A stretch of DNA of 64,000 nt from Eledone cirrhosa (lineage: Eukaryota). Below the pieces are notes generated by a model. The model was not told the DNA's origin. It was given only the letters and a program-made list of their open reading frames with translations, and searched no databases. Shown piece after piece: positions 1 through 13,956 of the stretch. Within the stretch, counting starts at the first letter, position 1. Every line of letters starts with the position of its first letter. Position numbers and translations under genes: made by a program. The stretch spans positions 58,094,001 through 58,158,000 of the forward strand of contig OZ024746.1 of assembly GCA_964016885.1 (NCBI GenBank), read 5' to 3'.

Positions 1-861
1 AAGCCTTGTGAATTTCCGTTTTATTCCATAAACAAATGGATTTTAAGATAGCGTTGGCTCTTTCTTTCTTATTGACTATGACATCCGACTTTCACAATGG
101 CCGTTAAAGATGGCAGCCTTTCTATTTCTTTGCAACTAACACTAAGTAAATCTAAGCTACTAAAAGTACAGAGGAACCAGTCAGCCATCTTCGATAATGT
201 GTTGTCCTTTTGGATAGGGAAAATTTTCATTGATTACTTTTGAGATGATGGAAACATTTGTTCTTGTCAACAGTCAAGAACATTTCAACTTACAATTAAA
301 TCTATATAGATAATGTTGGTAGTGTTGTTGTTGGTTCTGTTTAGCCCTATGACAATGTTGTTGGAGTCAATTCTCATAAAAGACTTGTCAACAATAACCA
401 ACGCTTTTATTTCGTTTAGATATATTATGTTTATTTTCTAAGGCTTCAATCGTTAGAGTCCCGTTCACCACATTTGAGGACTCTAATCCACAATGCTGAC
501 ACACGTACATCGTTGATTTTAAGGGTATATATCGCTAAGCAATATACAGCTATCATCAATAATGTACTAACCAATTCGAAGAAGGAATTTTTCCTCGATA
601 TTTTTTAGATGAAGAATATATTTTTTGTCGTCAACGGTTTAGGAGATTTCAACAATTTATTGCTGTATATATGTCGTCAGTAGTGAGGTTGGTAGATTTT
701 GTTGTTTATTTGATTTCATGTTATTCCTGATAAGACGAGTTTTGACAGAAGGCATTCCAACTATCACCAACCCGTATTTTAAGATTATGCCTGTTTTTTT
801 AAAGAAGTCTCTCAGCTGATGTGTGGGAGATATTGACAGTTATTATTATAAGGTTATGTCG

Positions 862-1052
862 GGGATTGGCAGTATCGGTAGAAGGTCGGTGGCCATGCTT
901 TGCAGCATAGAGCTACGCCCCTTTACAGTCTGAGTTCAAATCCCACCGAGCTTCACTTTCCCTTTCATCCTTACGGGGTCGATGAAATAAAGTACCAGTA
1001 ATGTACTAGGATAATTTCTGGTCTTGTGCCAAAAGTAGAATCAATTATTATA
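862..1052 (+). mobile_element. tRNA-derived SINE with Nin/Deu-type domain (family A)
   Basis: A-box-like tggcagtatcgg, B box gagttcaaatcc, central cctttcatccttacggggtcgat..aagtaccag, (att)n tail. Confidence 0.85.
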
Positions 1053-2552
1053 AGGTTAGGTGACCATCGTTGTTAGGTGTGATTCTGATACTATTGCTGT
1101 TTATCTTACAATGATTGTCGTTAGTTCAAGCAAATATATGGAAATCTTTCAGAGAATATTTCAAGATTATCCATAAATTAATATGCAATATCATTATTGT
1201 TCAAAATGCCACTGAAGATTTGTTTCCTCTTTTTTCTCAGTATCTCGAACGTTTCCAAAAGTCGTTTACATGTGTGACCCATTCTTCTGATTAAATTAGT
1301 AATACAAACAAAATACCGCTGTCGTATATAGATTTACAATCTGTAAAATGCCTTCCGACACTGGAAACAGTATAGTACTCGAATTGTGAAAACAAATATG
1401 GGTAAATAGTTAACAAGTTCGCACCAAAATGTTATGCTTTCGCGTTCTATTCCTCTGTGTGGTATCTTGTGCAAGTGTCCATATCATAATCTTAAGTGGA
1501 ATCATACATTTGTCCAAATTATTCTGTATGATATTACGAAAGGGGTACATGTGCAAGTGAAATTCACTCACACTTATATTCAAGATTGATTGTGCTTAAA
1601 ATTCAAAGGTCTAGAGTTATAATATATTGTGTCACGGTGATACGGCTTGGGAATTATGATAACATTACATGTGTCTCTGGAATATACAGCAAATAACTCT
1701 TTATATTCGTGAGTTCATCATTCAGTTTATTGTAAGCCTGAGCGCTCACCGCTGTACCCAACCGAAAATCCTTCATTGTGTATGTAGGAGACATGAAGAA
1801 ATAGAGTTATACATGTTGGTAGCACATATAACAAAACATTCTATGGAAAGAAATCCTGCTGTTAGCTACATCATCTAAGAAAATCAATTCCAACATGTCA
1901 GCCATTTTATATAATGACAGAGACAAGTCTTAAAACTCATGTAAGGGATTATTGCTGAAATCAGACATAGTTTTAATAGGATGATTATCCAAGCTGGCGC
2001 AGTAAGCCGATTTATCGAAATTCTTATTGAAGAGAAAAATTGGATATAATGATGTATATATATATATTTATATATATAACATGATTGTTAAAAATGCCAG
2101 AGAAACCATTTATAAATAACAGCATAACCTCATAGAATGATATATTGGATAATGTCATGTATACACGAATATATCGACGTGTTGGTCATGTATAGCACGT
2201 TGCGTTTGCAGATCTCTGTTTGATGCGAAAGAGAAATAAACAGACATATACATACATACATACATACATACATACATACATACATACATACATACATACA
2301 TACATACATACATACATGCGCAGCTCCCTAATTCATAGTCTACAAATGGCTGCGATAGCTGGCACCTTCAAAATTTGCAAAACATTCTTGCGATTCAAGG
2401 GATGACAATTTCTTTTCTTTTACAACCTTGCCACCAGGAACGTGGCCGGTCAAAAAAATATACTCGAAATTAAGAGAAAGAGAAAACATACATACATACA
2501 TACATACATACATACATACATACATACATACATACATACACATAGAAACATT

Positions 2553-2959
2553 ATATTAGTAAAAAGGAAAAGAAAATGCTGACAAATTGTTTCCAGTGAA
2601 AAATAGTTTAATTAGGAATTAGTATGAATTAGTAATAAGTATTAGTTAGTATTCAGTTTTAGTTTTAAGTGTTTACCGGTTGCGCATTTCTTATGCTTTT
2701 CAAAAATAATTTTGAGACGGAGTGCTCGTGATTTTTGCTCCAGATTAGAGAAATAATTACGAGTACTCTATCTCAAAATTATTTTTGAAAAGCATATGAA
2801 ATGCGCAACCGGTAAAAACTTAAAACTAAAACTGAATACTAACTAATACTTTTTACTAATTTATACTAATTCCTAAATTTCACTGGGAAAAATTTGTCAG
2901 CATTTTCTTTTTCTGTTTACTAATATGTCACAGATCTTGTGTCACCTCTATTTTTTTAA

Positions 2960-2960
<1 letters not shown>
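2553..2960. repeat. About 180-bp-arm palindromic element, diverged copy
   Basis: 2553-2740 is the inverse of about 2750-2927. Same family as 23393-23790 and 8722-8905. Confidence 0.85.
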
Positions 2961-2991
<31 letters not shown>

Positions 2992-3038
2992 TTGTATATA
3001 TATATATATATATATACATACCTACATATATATATATT

Positions 3039-3093
<55 letters not shown>

Positions 3094-3273
3094 TTGGGGA
3101 GGGTCATATTTGTGTAATATTGCCAGAATTAATAACAGAACACACTCACTGTTTGGTTGGTTTTCGCTTTTCGCTTCTGTGTCTTTTATATCGGTAATCT
3201 AATTTATTCGGTCCTCAATGTTGCCATTGACTGACCAACGGTCAAAAATAATACAGATACAATATAGACACAA

Positions 3274-3319
<46 letters not shown>

Positions 3320-3877
3320 CGTATGAATGAAAATTAACACGGATAAGCTATACAGTAGGGTTTAGTCAAAGCATTAACATATGTTTCATTTCTAGTACGT
3401 AATCGAATGCGTCTTAAAATCGCTATCTAGAATGTTAATGTAAAATTCGATTTTAAATACTACTCATACCAGGCCAATTATGAAACCATTGATTTTAGCA
3501 TCAGCGGTATAACGTAATTCTATTAGGCTATACAAACCTCCAGATGAAAAACAAAACAAACAAATGTAGTGATTTACAGGTCCGATGGGTAATAAGGAAT
3601 ATAATAATAAAATAAGTAAAAAGTGGTGTATACAATGTATGTTAAAAAATAAAAATAACAGTACTAATACATAATTGATAGAATGCGAGGAGGTGATATA
3701 CTGGTATTCAATGTAGGTGTGTCTTTAGATTATCAGCTTCTTCTCTTGCATCTGATTGGTTAAGAGTTTGTCATTTGTTGTCGTTAGATTGGTGGAGTTG
3801 CTTTCTTATGTATTTTGATTATTGCTACTTTAATAGATTTATTACGGTTATCGGTATATATATACACCCCCCCCCAC

Positions 3878-3890
3878 ACACACACACACA

Positions 3891-3922
<32 letters not shown>

Positions 3923-3942
3923 ACACACACACGCGCACACAT

Positions 3943-4036
<94 letters not shown>

Positions 4037-4171
4037 GTGTATAATTTATATATATGTAAATACATATATATATATACATTATATGCATTATTATGTTGAC
4101 CAGTTTCGACGGCTATTTCTGAGTCCAGAAATAGCCGTCGAAACGGCTTGATCTCTGCCGCCGGGGTCATA

Positions 4172-4221
<50 letters not shown>

Positions 4222-4258
4222 TATGACCCCGGCGGCAGAGATCAAGCCGTTTCGACGG

Positions 4259-4305
<47 letters not shown>

Positions 4306-4440
4306 TATGACCCCGGCGGCAGAGATCAAGCCGTTTCGACGGCTATTTCTGGACTCAGAAATAGCCGTCGAAACTGGTCAACATAATAATGCATATAATG
4401 TATATATATATATGTATTTATATATATATAAATTATACAC

Positions 4441-4487
<47 letters not shown>

Positions 4488-4514
4488 TATGTGTGCGCGC
4501 GCGTGTGTGTGTGT

Positions 4515-4554
<40 letters not shown>

Positions 4555-4626
4555 TGTGTGTGTGTGTGTGTCTGTGTGTGTGTGTGTGTGTGTGTGTTGC
4601 GTGTGTGTGTGTGTGTGTGTGTGTGT

Positions 4627-4665
<39 letters not shown>
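3878..4665. repeat. Nested inverted duplication including microsatellites
   Basis: (CA)n-(TA)n-unique core mirrored as core-(TA)n-(TG)n. Three copies of aaaagtatgaccccggcggcagagatcaagccgtttcgacggct or its complement. Confidence 0.85.
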
Positions 4666-4666
<1 letters not shown>

Positions 4667-4984
4667 CATGCATGTATGTTTTCTTTTTGGGCCCTGATAT
4701 AAAACTTCATTTGCATCCAAATATGTCGACCAGTTCTTGTTTTGGGGAAATTGCATTCGATGTACAGACAGTGAGATTGGCCCTGTGCAAAGTCTTTCAT
4801 TATGTATAAAAGCTTCAAGCAGCGGCATTGCTTAATACGTAACATTTTTTTGCGATGCATTGAATTGCTGGCCAGAGGCAAGTAGGACTAAAAAGCCACA
4901 TCATTGATGCTCACGCTTAAGTATCAAGCGATAGCATTACTCGGAATAGACTTGCAGCCATCACGTTTGTATTAATGTATGTAT

Positions 4985-5350
4985 GCTATTGGTAACATCT
5001 AACCCAGTACAACCTGTCTCATGGTCGGCTCGTTGGTGACTAAACTGGCAACACCACCAAGCATGCTTGTTGAGGAGGGTGATATTTGCACACCCTGCGG
5101 GATGAAATACAAGAACTGGTGAAACTCAGCAGAGACCACGGCCATACAAATAGTACTTTTTTTTTACCTGGGAGGGAGAGGCCCCCAGTTGTCAAAACAC
5201 CTTTCTAGGAGAGGTAAACTCCGAAAAAATCCTGCGGGTTTGGTAGCATCCGATGATGTTGCATAGTTATCCTTTTCGGGTAGTGTTTTCGATGCTCAGA
5301 GGGTGGGATTGGTCGAGTACAAGGCCTTTCCCCACTTAAAAAAACCTTCA
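4985..5350 (+). mobile_element. RTE 5'UTR-like repeat; paralog at about 24080-24305
   Basis: Shared cctgcgg..ccgatgatgttg..ttttcgggt..gctcagag.gtgggattg..ccttt..cactt. ggagaggtaaactc motif. Confidence 0.5.
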
Positions 5351-7880
5351 AATTACAGGCATTGCTTGTTCAGGATATGTTACAGGTTCACGTGGTTAGC
5401 CGTAGCCGGAAAGTGCACCATTTTCTGTAATCTGACAAGCGATTGCAATACTCTTATAAGAGTTTGCAGCCCTCATGTATGTATATACATACGTATGCAT
5501 GTATGTATGCATGTATATGTGTATGCATGTATGAATGTCAGTGAATTAGGAGTGAAAACTTTCGAGCAGACAGTATAGCTAATTGCTTTGTTTAAATGGA
5601 AACTAAGAAAGTATCATTTTGAAATGTATATAACCGATATACACAGCCATGCGAATCAATAACGTTTGCATCATCTATCGTCACGTCATATATACAGTAC
5701 ATAAATCAATAGTTCCTTCGCGCAAACAGCAGCCACTTCCGTATATTTGTAGATAAGCAATGCTTTTTACGCCATAAACGATGCATTTTAAGGAGATGAA
5801 TGGAATGGAACGGAATGGAGTGGAAAGGAATATTCCGAAAAATGCAAAAAAAAAACCCAGTATTTTTACAACAATAAACGTATAAAATTGTATATCGTTG
5901 TGGAGATTAGGATTCAATTTTTTTCGGTAGCTACATATAGAAGCGTGCTTATATATGCATAAATAGATACACACAAACATGTATAAATATTTATGTTTAT
6001 ATTCTCCCACAGTCGTGTATGAAAAGAGAGGTATATAATATATATATATATATGCCCCAGCATGGCCTCAGCCGGATGGCTGAAACAGGTAAAAGAGTAT
6101 ATATATATATATATATATAAGTTATTCTGGGTTGAATAGGAGGTAGCCACAGTAAGTAAGGTACTCAATACATAGCAGAGTATAAAGTTTAAATATAGAA
6201 ACCCTTCTACAGGACTAGAACTGTTTCGTTCGTGAGAAACCATCAGGAAGCTGGCTGTCCAAATAAATAGTAGTATTTATGTATTTCCTTATCTGGTGGT
6301 AGGAGAGGGTGGGGATTGGGATGGGTGTAGGTCATTGGTTGAAGGATTTAAAGAAAGGGGATTCATTAAAAGGTAATTCTTTAAAGCTATAAAATTAACA
6401 AAGGCAGAAATAATACTGTAAACAAGTTCAAAATTGGAATACCAATTCTTGTTTATCACTTAAATTAACAATGCCTGTAAGACAGGTGTCTACAGGATGG
6501 GTGGGGTTCAATGGTTTAAAGAAAAGGGAAATTCATTAGAAGCTAACACGCACGCACACTTAAAATGCCCCCCCCCCCTCCGTCTGCCTACCATATAACA
6601 CACCGTAACCTCTGATCATGTAATCATCTTGCCGAACATATCACCCCAGCCACCACCACAATCACCATGTCCACAACACACATCGCCGTTGGTGAATAAA
6701 CGCTTTTCCCCCGCGTTCCCTATGTCACGATTTAACCGGTATTCGATTCGGTATATATATTTTTGTCCCTCACAACTCCACCACCACCACCACAAAACAC
6801 AACTCCATACTTCATCAACACCGACAAAACATACCTCCACTCCCCAACCAACAATAGTGTGTGTGTCTGTGTGTAAGTATTTTACTCATACGGGCATTTT
6901 AAGTGTGCGCGCGTGTACGCAAATTTATCTGTATGTGTGTGTGTGTGTATGTGAACACATGTGTATACATATGTCTATGTGTGTATATATATATATATAA
7001 ATATCTGTATATATATATATATATGTGTATGTGTATGCATATGAGTATGGGTGTGTATATATATATATGTGTATGTATGTGTGTGTATGTGTACGTCTAC
7101 ATATATGTATATGGGTAAATCTGACTGTACGTGCAGGTGAGCTCATATATGTGCATGTATGTGTATATGTGCGTGTATGTGTGTGCTGTCGGTACATGTG
7201 TGTGTATGTATATATATATATGTGTGAGTATACGTGTGTGCGAGTGTGTATGTGTATATCTTGCATACATGAGTGTGAGTCCATGTGCCCATACCCATGT
7301 GTATGTATGTGTATGTATATATGTAAAACGCCTTCTACATCGCCTCTCACCTTCCCCCCATCTCTGTCGTTCGCTACCTCCACCGATACTCCTCCACTCT
7401 CCATATACATATGTGTGTACGTATACGTATATACAAGGTATCTGTCAGACGAAGAGCGTCTAACTATGTATCTATGTAAGGACCTGACGCCACCAATACA
7501 TCCACCACACCACCACAAACGCCGCTACCATAGACAAAGACACCACTACCACACCCCCACCTACACGCCAACCCGTCTACTGACAATCCACTAACCTCAT
7601 ACTACGTCCCATCCCACTAAATAACCTTAACCACCACCATATCATCACATCCACCCCACATACTCTACACACCAAGGCTAACCCACCACCACTACACCAC
7701 AGCCCACCTCATCCACAGACCGTGACAAACATCTCACCATCAAACCCACCCCCATATACACTACAGGCCAGTACATCGCCTTGATCCTTCTCACCAATCA
7801 AAACATCTCATTTTGTCAAACTCTTGAAACTCTGACTTTACCACATAGCATGTATTTCATTTTCTTATAGCATTTTAAGA

Positions 7881-7967
7881 GGGTCCGTCGAGCTGCCGAT
7901 TATTGAGTCGGGTAGGATCGATATAGATCGAAACTTCAGCTGATCAGTGGCGAAACGCGCGTCACCT
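7881..7967 (+). ncRNA. Degenerate long-stem-II hammerhead; paralog at 57870-57955
   Basis: GGGT-CCGTCGA-gctgccgat...atcagtggc-GAAACGCGCGTC-ACC followed by AATAAA. Downstream gtgaacctaaacatcgagtgctcacc is shared with 58038-58063. Confidence 0.55.
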
Positions 7968-8618
7968 ATCAATAAATGCAATGCAGGAATAATCAATCGT
8001 CCTTTTTATCCTTTCTATATTTTACACTTTATATAGCTCTACACATCATCACAGAAGTGAACCTAAACATCGAGTGCTCACCCGGGTGAACCTGCAGTAA
8101 CTCCTAGTTACACCCACTGGATATATATATATATATATAAATATGCATATATATATATACATTTATACATGGCGTGCTGTGTTGTTGCAATTGTGATATA
8201 CAAATTGAAATGAAGAATTAGAAATAGAAGCCAGAACACATCAGTGGTCTACTAGCCACCATAGGTATTTCTTCGCATTAAAGACCAGATACCTCAGGCT
8301 AGAGCGAACAATAACTAAAATACGTTATTAGGATAAAAAGAATTGGGTGGAGAAAGAGAGACAGGTGAACAAACATGAATGGTGAGGCAACCGTTGCCTG
8401 AGGTATCTGGTCTTTAATGCGAAGAAATACCTATGATGGCTAGTAGACCACTGATGATGGATAGTCCTGGGTTCTATTTCTAATCCTTCATTTTAATTTA
8501 TATATACATATCTGAAATAGCGATGTATACATGAATCTATGCATAGTATATTTGGCAATATACCATATGTTTAATTAAAAACATTTTGAAGAGCTTACGC
8601 TATCATTTTTAAAGTAGT

Positions 8619-8684
<66 letters not shown>

Positions 8685-8900
8685 ACTACTTTAAAAATGA
8701 TAGCGTAAGCTCTTCAAAATGAGAGCAAACATCACGGACGCTCTATCTCAAAATTATTTTTGAAAAGCATTAGAAATGCGCAATCTGTAAAACATAAAAT
8801 CAAAACTTAATACTAACCAATACTATTACTAATTATCACTTATTCCTAATTAAACTATTTTTCACCGTGAACAATTTGTCAGCATTTTCTATTCCGTTTA

Positions 8901-8984
<84 letters not shown>

Positions 8985-11137
8985 TATGCGTGTGTGATGT
9001 GTGTGTGTATATCTGTGTCAGTGTCTGTGTGTTTGTCTGTGTGTGTGTGTGTGTATGTGTGTGTGTATGTTGTAGTTCGACCTTCGGCAATGACGACCTC
9101 GATCTTAATATTGGGAGGACAATCTATCGCTCTGCGCCCGGAAGTAACATCTGAGGGTAATCCAGGCTCGGAAATCATGCGCACTTATTGGCACATATGA
9201 TTAAATGCTGCAGTCGAAAACGATTTTGTTCATGTCTTGCTTGCGGGCGATTCACTGACCCATGTGATGCTTCAGGATTCTGTTGCATGCTTCTTCAAAT
9301 AATTTGCTTCGCCTGGGCAGGTATTTTGAATAAATTATTCTTAGCTCTATGGGTTAATTTTGAGGATTTTGTTGGCCATTTTGATTTTGAAACGTTTCTT
9401 CTCTTCACCATCTTACCTCTCGCTCCGGCTCAACTAACCGTACGGTAGCCTTTCAGGTAGACTTCTGTTACACAATCTAACTTCTTGACCTGTCTATCTG
9501 CTTTGCACTTCCGTACGAGGGTGCGAACCCGTTTGAGGAACATCTTGTCTGGGGCTTTATACTACCACAATATATGGAGAATCTTTGGAGGCAGGCAAAA
9601 TGGAACTGGCTGACCTGGCTTCACAGGCTTGAAAGACTTATAGTTTGGTAGCGAGGCAGAGTTATTTCTGCTGCAATACATTTTCCAAGAGCCTCCTAAA
9701 CACAACACAAGCATTAGCAATTCTATTGTGTCCTTGCCATTCGTAAAGGGATGTTTCTCAGGGAGGCGTAGATGTCGCCAGCTTCACATTGGTATGGGGT
9801 TCATATTAAAACTTTCCAGATGATTTTTTGTTACCTATCTTGAGCCAAAATTTCTCACAAACATGGAAGATGCTGTCAATATCGGCCTACATATTATTTT
9901 ACGTATGTGACAGCCTTTTGACGCCGGTGGTTAGATAGGCCATAACCAATCCTGTGTCAGATATGTATGTAATCCTTGTAATCGTGGAAAGCATTATGCA
10001 GCATATCAGTGAAACCCAATGTGATCGGAGTTGTGATATATTCGTGTGTGTGCGTTGTTCTGCTATAAAGCAACTGTGAAAGTGTAAAGAGAAACTTTGT
10101 GGAAACCCGTCAAATTTATAAAAACAATTTTCACGTTTTGTGTCTTGATCAATTCTGGGTGGACGTTATCAGCACACAGCCATTCACATTTCTATATAGA
10201 TTTATTTGTTTGAGGAACGTTATATTTATAGTCGTAGTACGCAGAGAATCAATTGTGAAAAATAATATATTTTTAGTGTGTACATATATATCATTGCACA
10301 ATTTTTATTCATTTCGCTGTCAAAGCACTTGTGAAACACACTGCCTATAATTCTCATATCTTTTTTCAATTATCAAAACTTTGAACGGCTTTACTACTGT
10401 ATCTTACAATCTCATATCGCTCTTGTGTTTGGAGCATGAATAAAGAAATTTACTTGCATTAAATGTTGAGAGAATGATTTTAGTTACATATAAACAATTT
10501 GAAACACATATTTGTATAGTGTCTGTTTCAGGCGTTATCGTGTCAAAAGGGTTAATAAGTAGTTATAGTTCATCAAGTAAGACACACTACATATTCTTGC
10601 TGTCAAAAACGTAGTAAACCAGCAATTGGTCCTTTGGGAAAAACATGTAACCTGCCGCATTGAAAAAAATCTAAAATGAATAAAATATATATGTTTATAA
10701 CACGGAATTGTTTCAGAAGAATTTATCAAATTTGAAAATGTTTGCTTTGTAAAACACCACCACAATGTGAAAAACTATATAAATAAAATTCAAATATATT
10801 GACATACTTACGTAGGCGGCTCTATCCAAGTCGTTCCTAACTCCGTGTGTATTTACGTAAATTATTCGATTATTCGATTATTATTCATATAGGTCACTAC
10901 ATTTATGAGTTATTCTCAAAAAGAAAACCTGTTGATATTTATATTTAAAAACGAAATTGCTTCATGTGTTATCCTTAGATATATAACAGTTTGAAAACGA
11001 TATTATTGCCTACAAATAACTTAAGCTGTGTGGTGTTAATAAAAGAAAATAATACAATACATTGTATTAGAATAATTTGACGTTCTATTTATTTTAATGC
11101 ATCTCTATTTACCATCTCACCATTTGATATGGTTTCA

Positions 11138-11497
11138 TTATTAGTGTAGTAATTAAAATACCAGTAATACACTGGTTTATTGCTGGCCTTGTACCAAAAG
11201 TAGAAATAATTATTAGTGTAGTAATTAAAGTACCAGTAATACACTGGGTAATTGCTTGCCTTGTGCCAAAAGTAGAAACAATTATTAGTGTAGTAATGAA
11301 TTGGCAGTATCGGTAGAGGGTCGGACGCCATGCTTTACAGCATAGAGTTACGGCCCTTGCTATTATGAGTTCAAATCACGCCGAGGTTAACTTTGCCTTT
11401 CATCCTTACGGGGGTCCATAAAATAAAGTACCAGTAATACACTGGGATAATTGCTGGCCTTGTACCAAAATTAGAAACAATTATTAGTGTAGTAATG
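11138..11497 (+). mobile_element. SINE family A full copy (11299-11485) preceded by two copies of its 3' end
   Basis: Same consensus. ttattagtgtagtaat occurs four times, bracketing each piece. Confidence 0.85.
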
Positions 11498-11796
11498 ACG
11501 TATCTTCTTTATATTCAGTAATATATCACATCATATCACACACCCCTGGACACATCCATGCACACACCCACATTCACATCTGTTCTATTATACAGAAGCA
11601 TGTAACGCATTAACGTACCGTTCAGGGAGATTCTGTGTAACAAGTGTGATACAGATTGCTTTTAGATATTATAAACATTTATATGTATATGTATGTAAAA
11701 GGTAAACAGAAATAACAACACAATCGGTACAATATATGGAAGGGATAATTTAGGTATATATGGAAGGGATATATTAGGTATATAACAGGAAGAGGG

Positions 11797-11832
11797 TCTT
11801 AACGTTTCGGACGCTAGTCCTTCATCAGAAGA
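11797..11832 (-). ncRNA. Minimal type I hammerhead ribozyme
   Basis: Minus: TCTT-CTGATGA-A-GGAC(tagc)GTCC-GAAACGTT-AAGA. Confidence 0.8.
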
Positions 11833-12083
11833 AAGAATGAGAAAAAAGACAGGTTGTGGGGGGGGGGGATAATTGGAAAGATGTCTTTAAATAAAAATAG
11901 CAGGTCAATTCATGTTGACATCTCTTGCAAAACTGTTGGTGCTGGCGTTTTGTGTATGATTTATTTTTCAGAGAGCGTCTATCTGAAATGGAAAAAAAAC
12001 GTTTTGTAAAAAAAGCTATACTTGTGTACGTGCGTAAGAATGTGTGTGTGTGTGTGTTTGTGTGTGTGTGAGAGTGTGTGTGT

Positions 12084-12156
<73 letters not shown>

Positions 12157-12450
12157 TGTGTGTGTGTTATTATACGTCCGTACGAAGCTAAGAAGAAATG
12201 CGTGTGTATATGTGAGTAAAAGAGTGTGTGTGCATGTAAGTACGAAGCTATGAGCAAAAGTATATTAATATAAGGGTGTGTATGTTTGTATACAGAGCAG
12301 TGAAGGGAAAAGTGGAGTGAGCATATATAATGGGCCTGTATTAGAGACTTTCGAATGTTTATTTGTCAGTATACCGTATAACATTAGATATACAAAATTC
12401 ATACACATCGCAAACACTGACTCACACATAATATATATATCTATACATAT

Positions 12451-12508
<58 letters not shown>

Positions 12509-12590
12509 TTCTCTACGGTTCTTATATATCTGATATATATTTATCCTTATCGAGCCCTCTTTGGATTTTAGTCTTCAGATTTATTATTAT

Positions 12591-12638
<48 letters not shown>

Positions 12639-12689
12639 CCATTTAGAGAATTGTTTTTTTCCACAAAAATCTCTAAATGGCTATAAAAA

Positions 12690-13230
12690 AAATTCCAAAA
12701 TACGTGCGCGAAATTTAATGTACTTGTTCAAGTGACAGTCATAATTTCATTTATAACCAATCAAATTACATTTATTAAAAAAAAGCCACCTGTTTTCGTG
12801 AGCCACCATTTTTAAGTAAAAGGAAATTCAAACACAAACTGGCGCGAAAGCTGATGTGCTTATTCACGTGACTCCATCAACCAACCGAACTTCACTCATA
12901 TATGAAAAATACAACCTGACCCCCCCCCACCCCACACCCACCGCTGGGGGGGGGGGAGACACATATAATAAGAACTTTGTAACGCGAACTGGCGCGAAAT
13001 TTATTATACTTATTCACCAACCAACCAAATTACTTCTCTAAGCCACATTTTTCCAAATAAAACAGAAGTAACATTCAAACACCAACCAGATGTGAGAAAA
13101 ACCACAAACCCTCCATCTCAATTCTACTTTTGAAAAAGAAAATAAGGGCGAAACCGGTAAAGGAACCAAATAAATATATATTTAAAAAAAAAAACTACAG
13201 TTGCATTTTCGATTTCATCTTTATTCCTTA
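12690..13230. repeat. Dispersed repeat; paralog at 38985-39440
   Basis: Shared aactggcgcgaaatttattat, accaaccagatgtgagaaaaaccac, gttgcattttcgatttcatct. Confidence 0.75.
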
Positions 13231-13299
13231 TACTTTCACTCGTGTAGTACACCTCGGTCTTTTTTCATTTTGTAAAAAAAAACTCACATATATATATGT

Positions 13300-13520
13300 G
13301 GCGTGTGGCTGAGTGGTTAGAGAATTGTATTCGCAATCGTAAGGTTGTGAGTTCGATTCCTGGACCAGGCGATGCGTTATGTCCTTGAGCAAGACACTTT
13401 ATTTCACGTTGCTCCTTCTACCTGGAGTTGCGACCGATAGATAGTATTAGCAATTGGAAAGACCAACGGAAACATTGTTCCCTCGGTCCGATTTGACAAA
13501 AAAAAAAAGTCGATCGTCTT
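13300..13520 (+). mobile_element. tRNA-derived SINE family B (CORE/V-like domain); reverse copy at about 15575-15740
   Basis: A box tggctgagtgg, B box gagttcgattcc, tgtccttgagcaagacacttta. Confidence 0.8.
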
Positions 13521-13537
13521 TCTAAAAAAAAATAAAA

Positions 13538-13658
<121 letters not shown>

Positions 13659-13867
13659 ATATATATGTATGTATGTATATATGTATATATATGTAGCGTG
13701 AGAGAGAGGGAGATAGAGAGATAGAGAGAAAGTGAAAGTGTGACTGAGAGAGATACAAACATACATATATCTATACATATATATGTCCACACACCAACAT
13801 ACTTACAATTATATGTTTGTATTCCTCTCTCTCTCTATCTCTCTCTCACACACACACACACACACTA

Positions 13868-13956
<89 letters not shown>

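Noticed and set aside
11138-11297. Regularly spaced 16-bp repeats resembling a CRISPR array
   Set aside because: The spacers are near-identical SINE tails, the DNA is eukaryotic and there are no cas genes.
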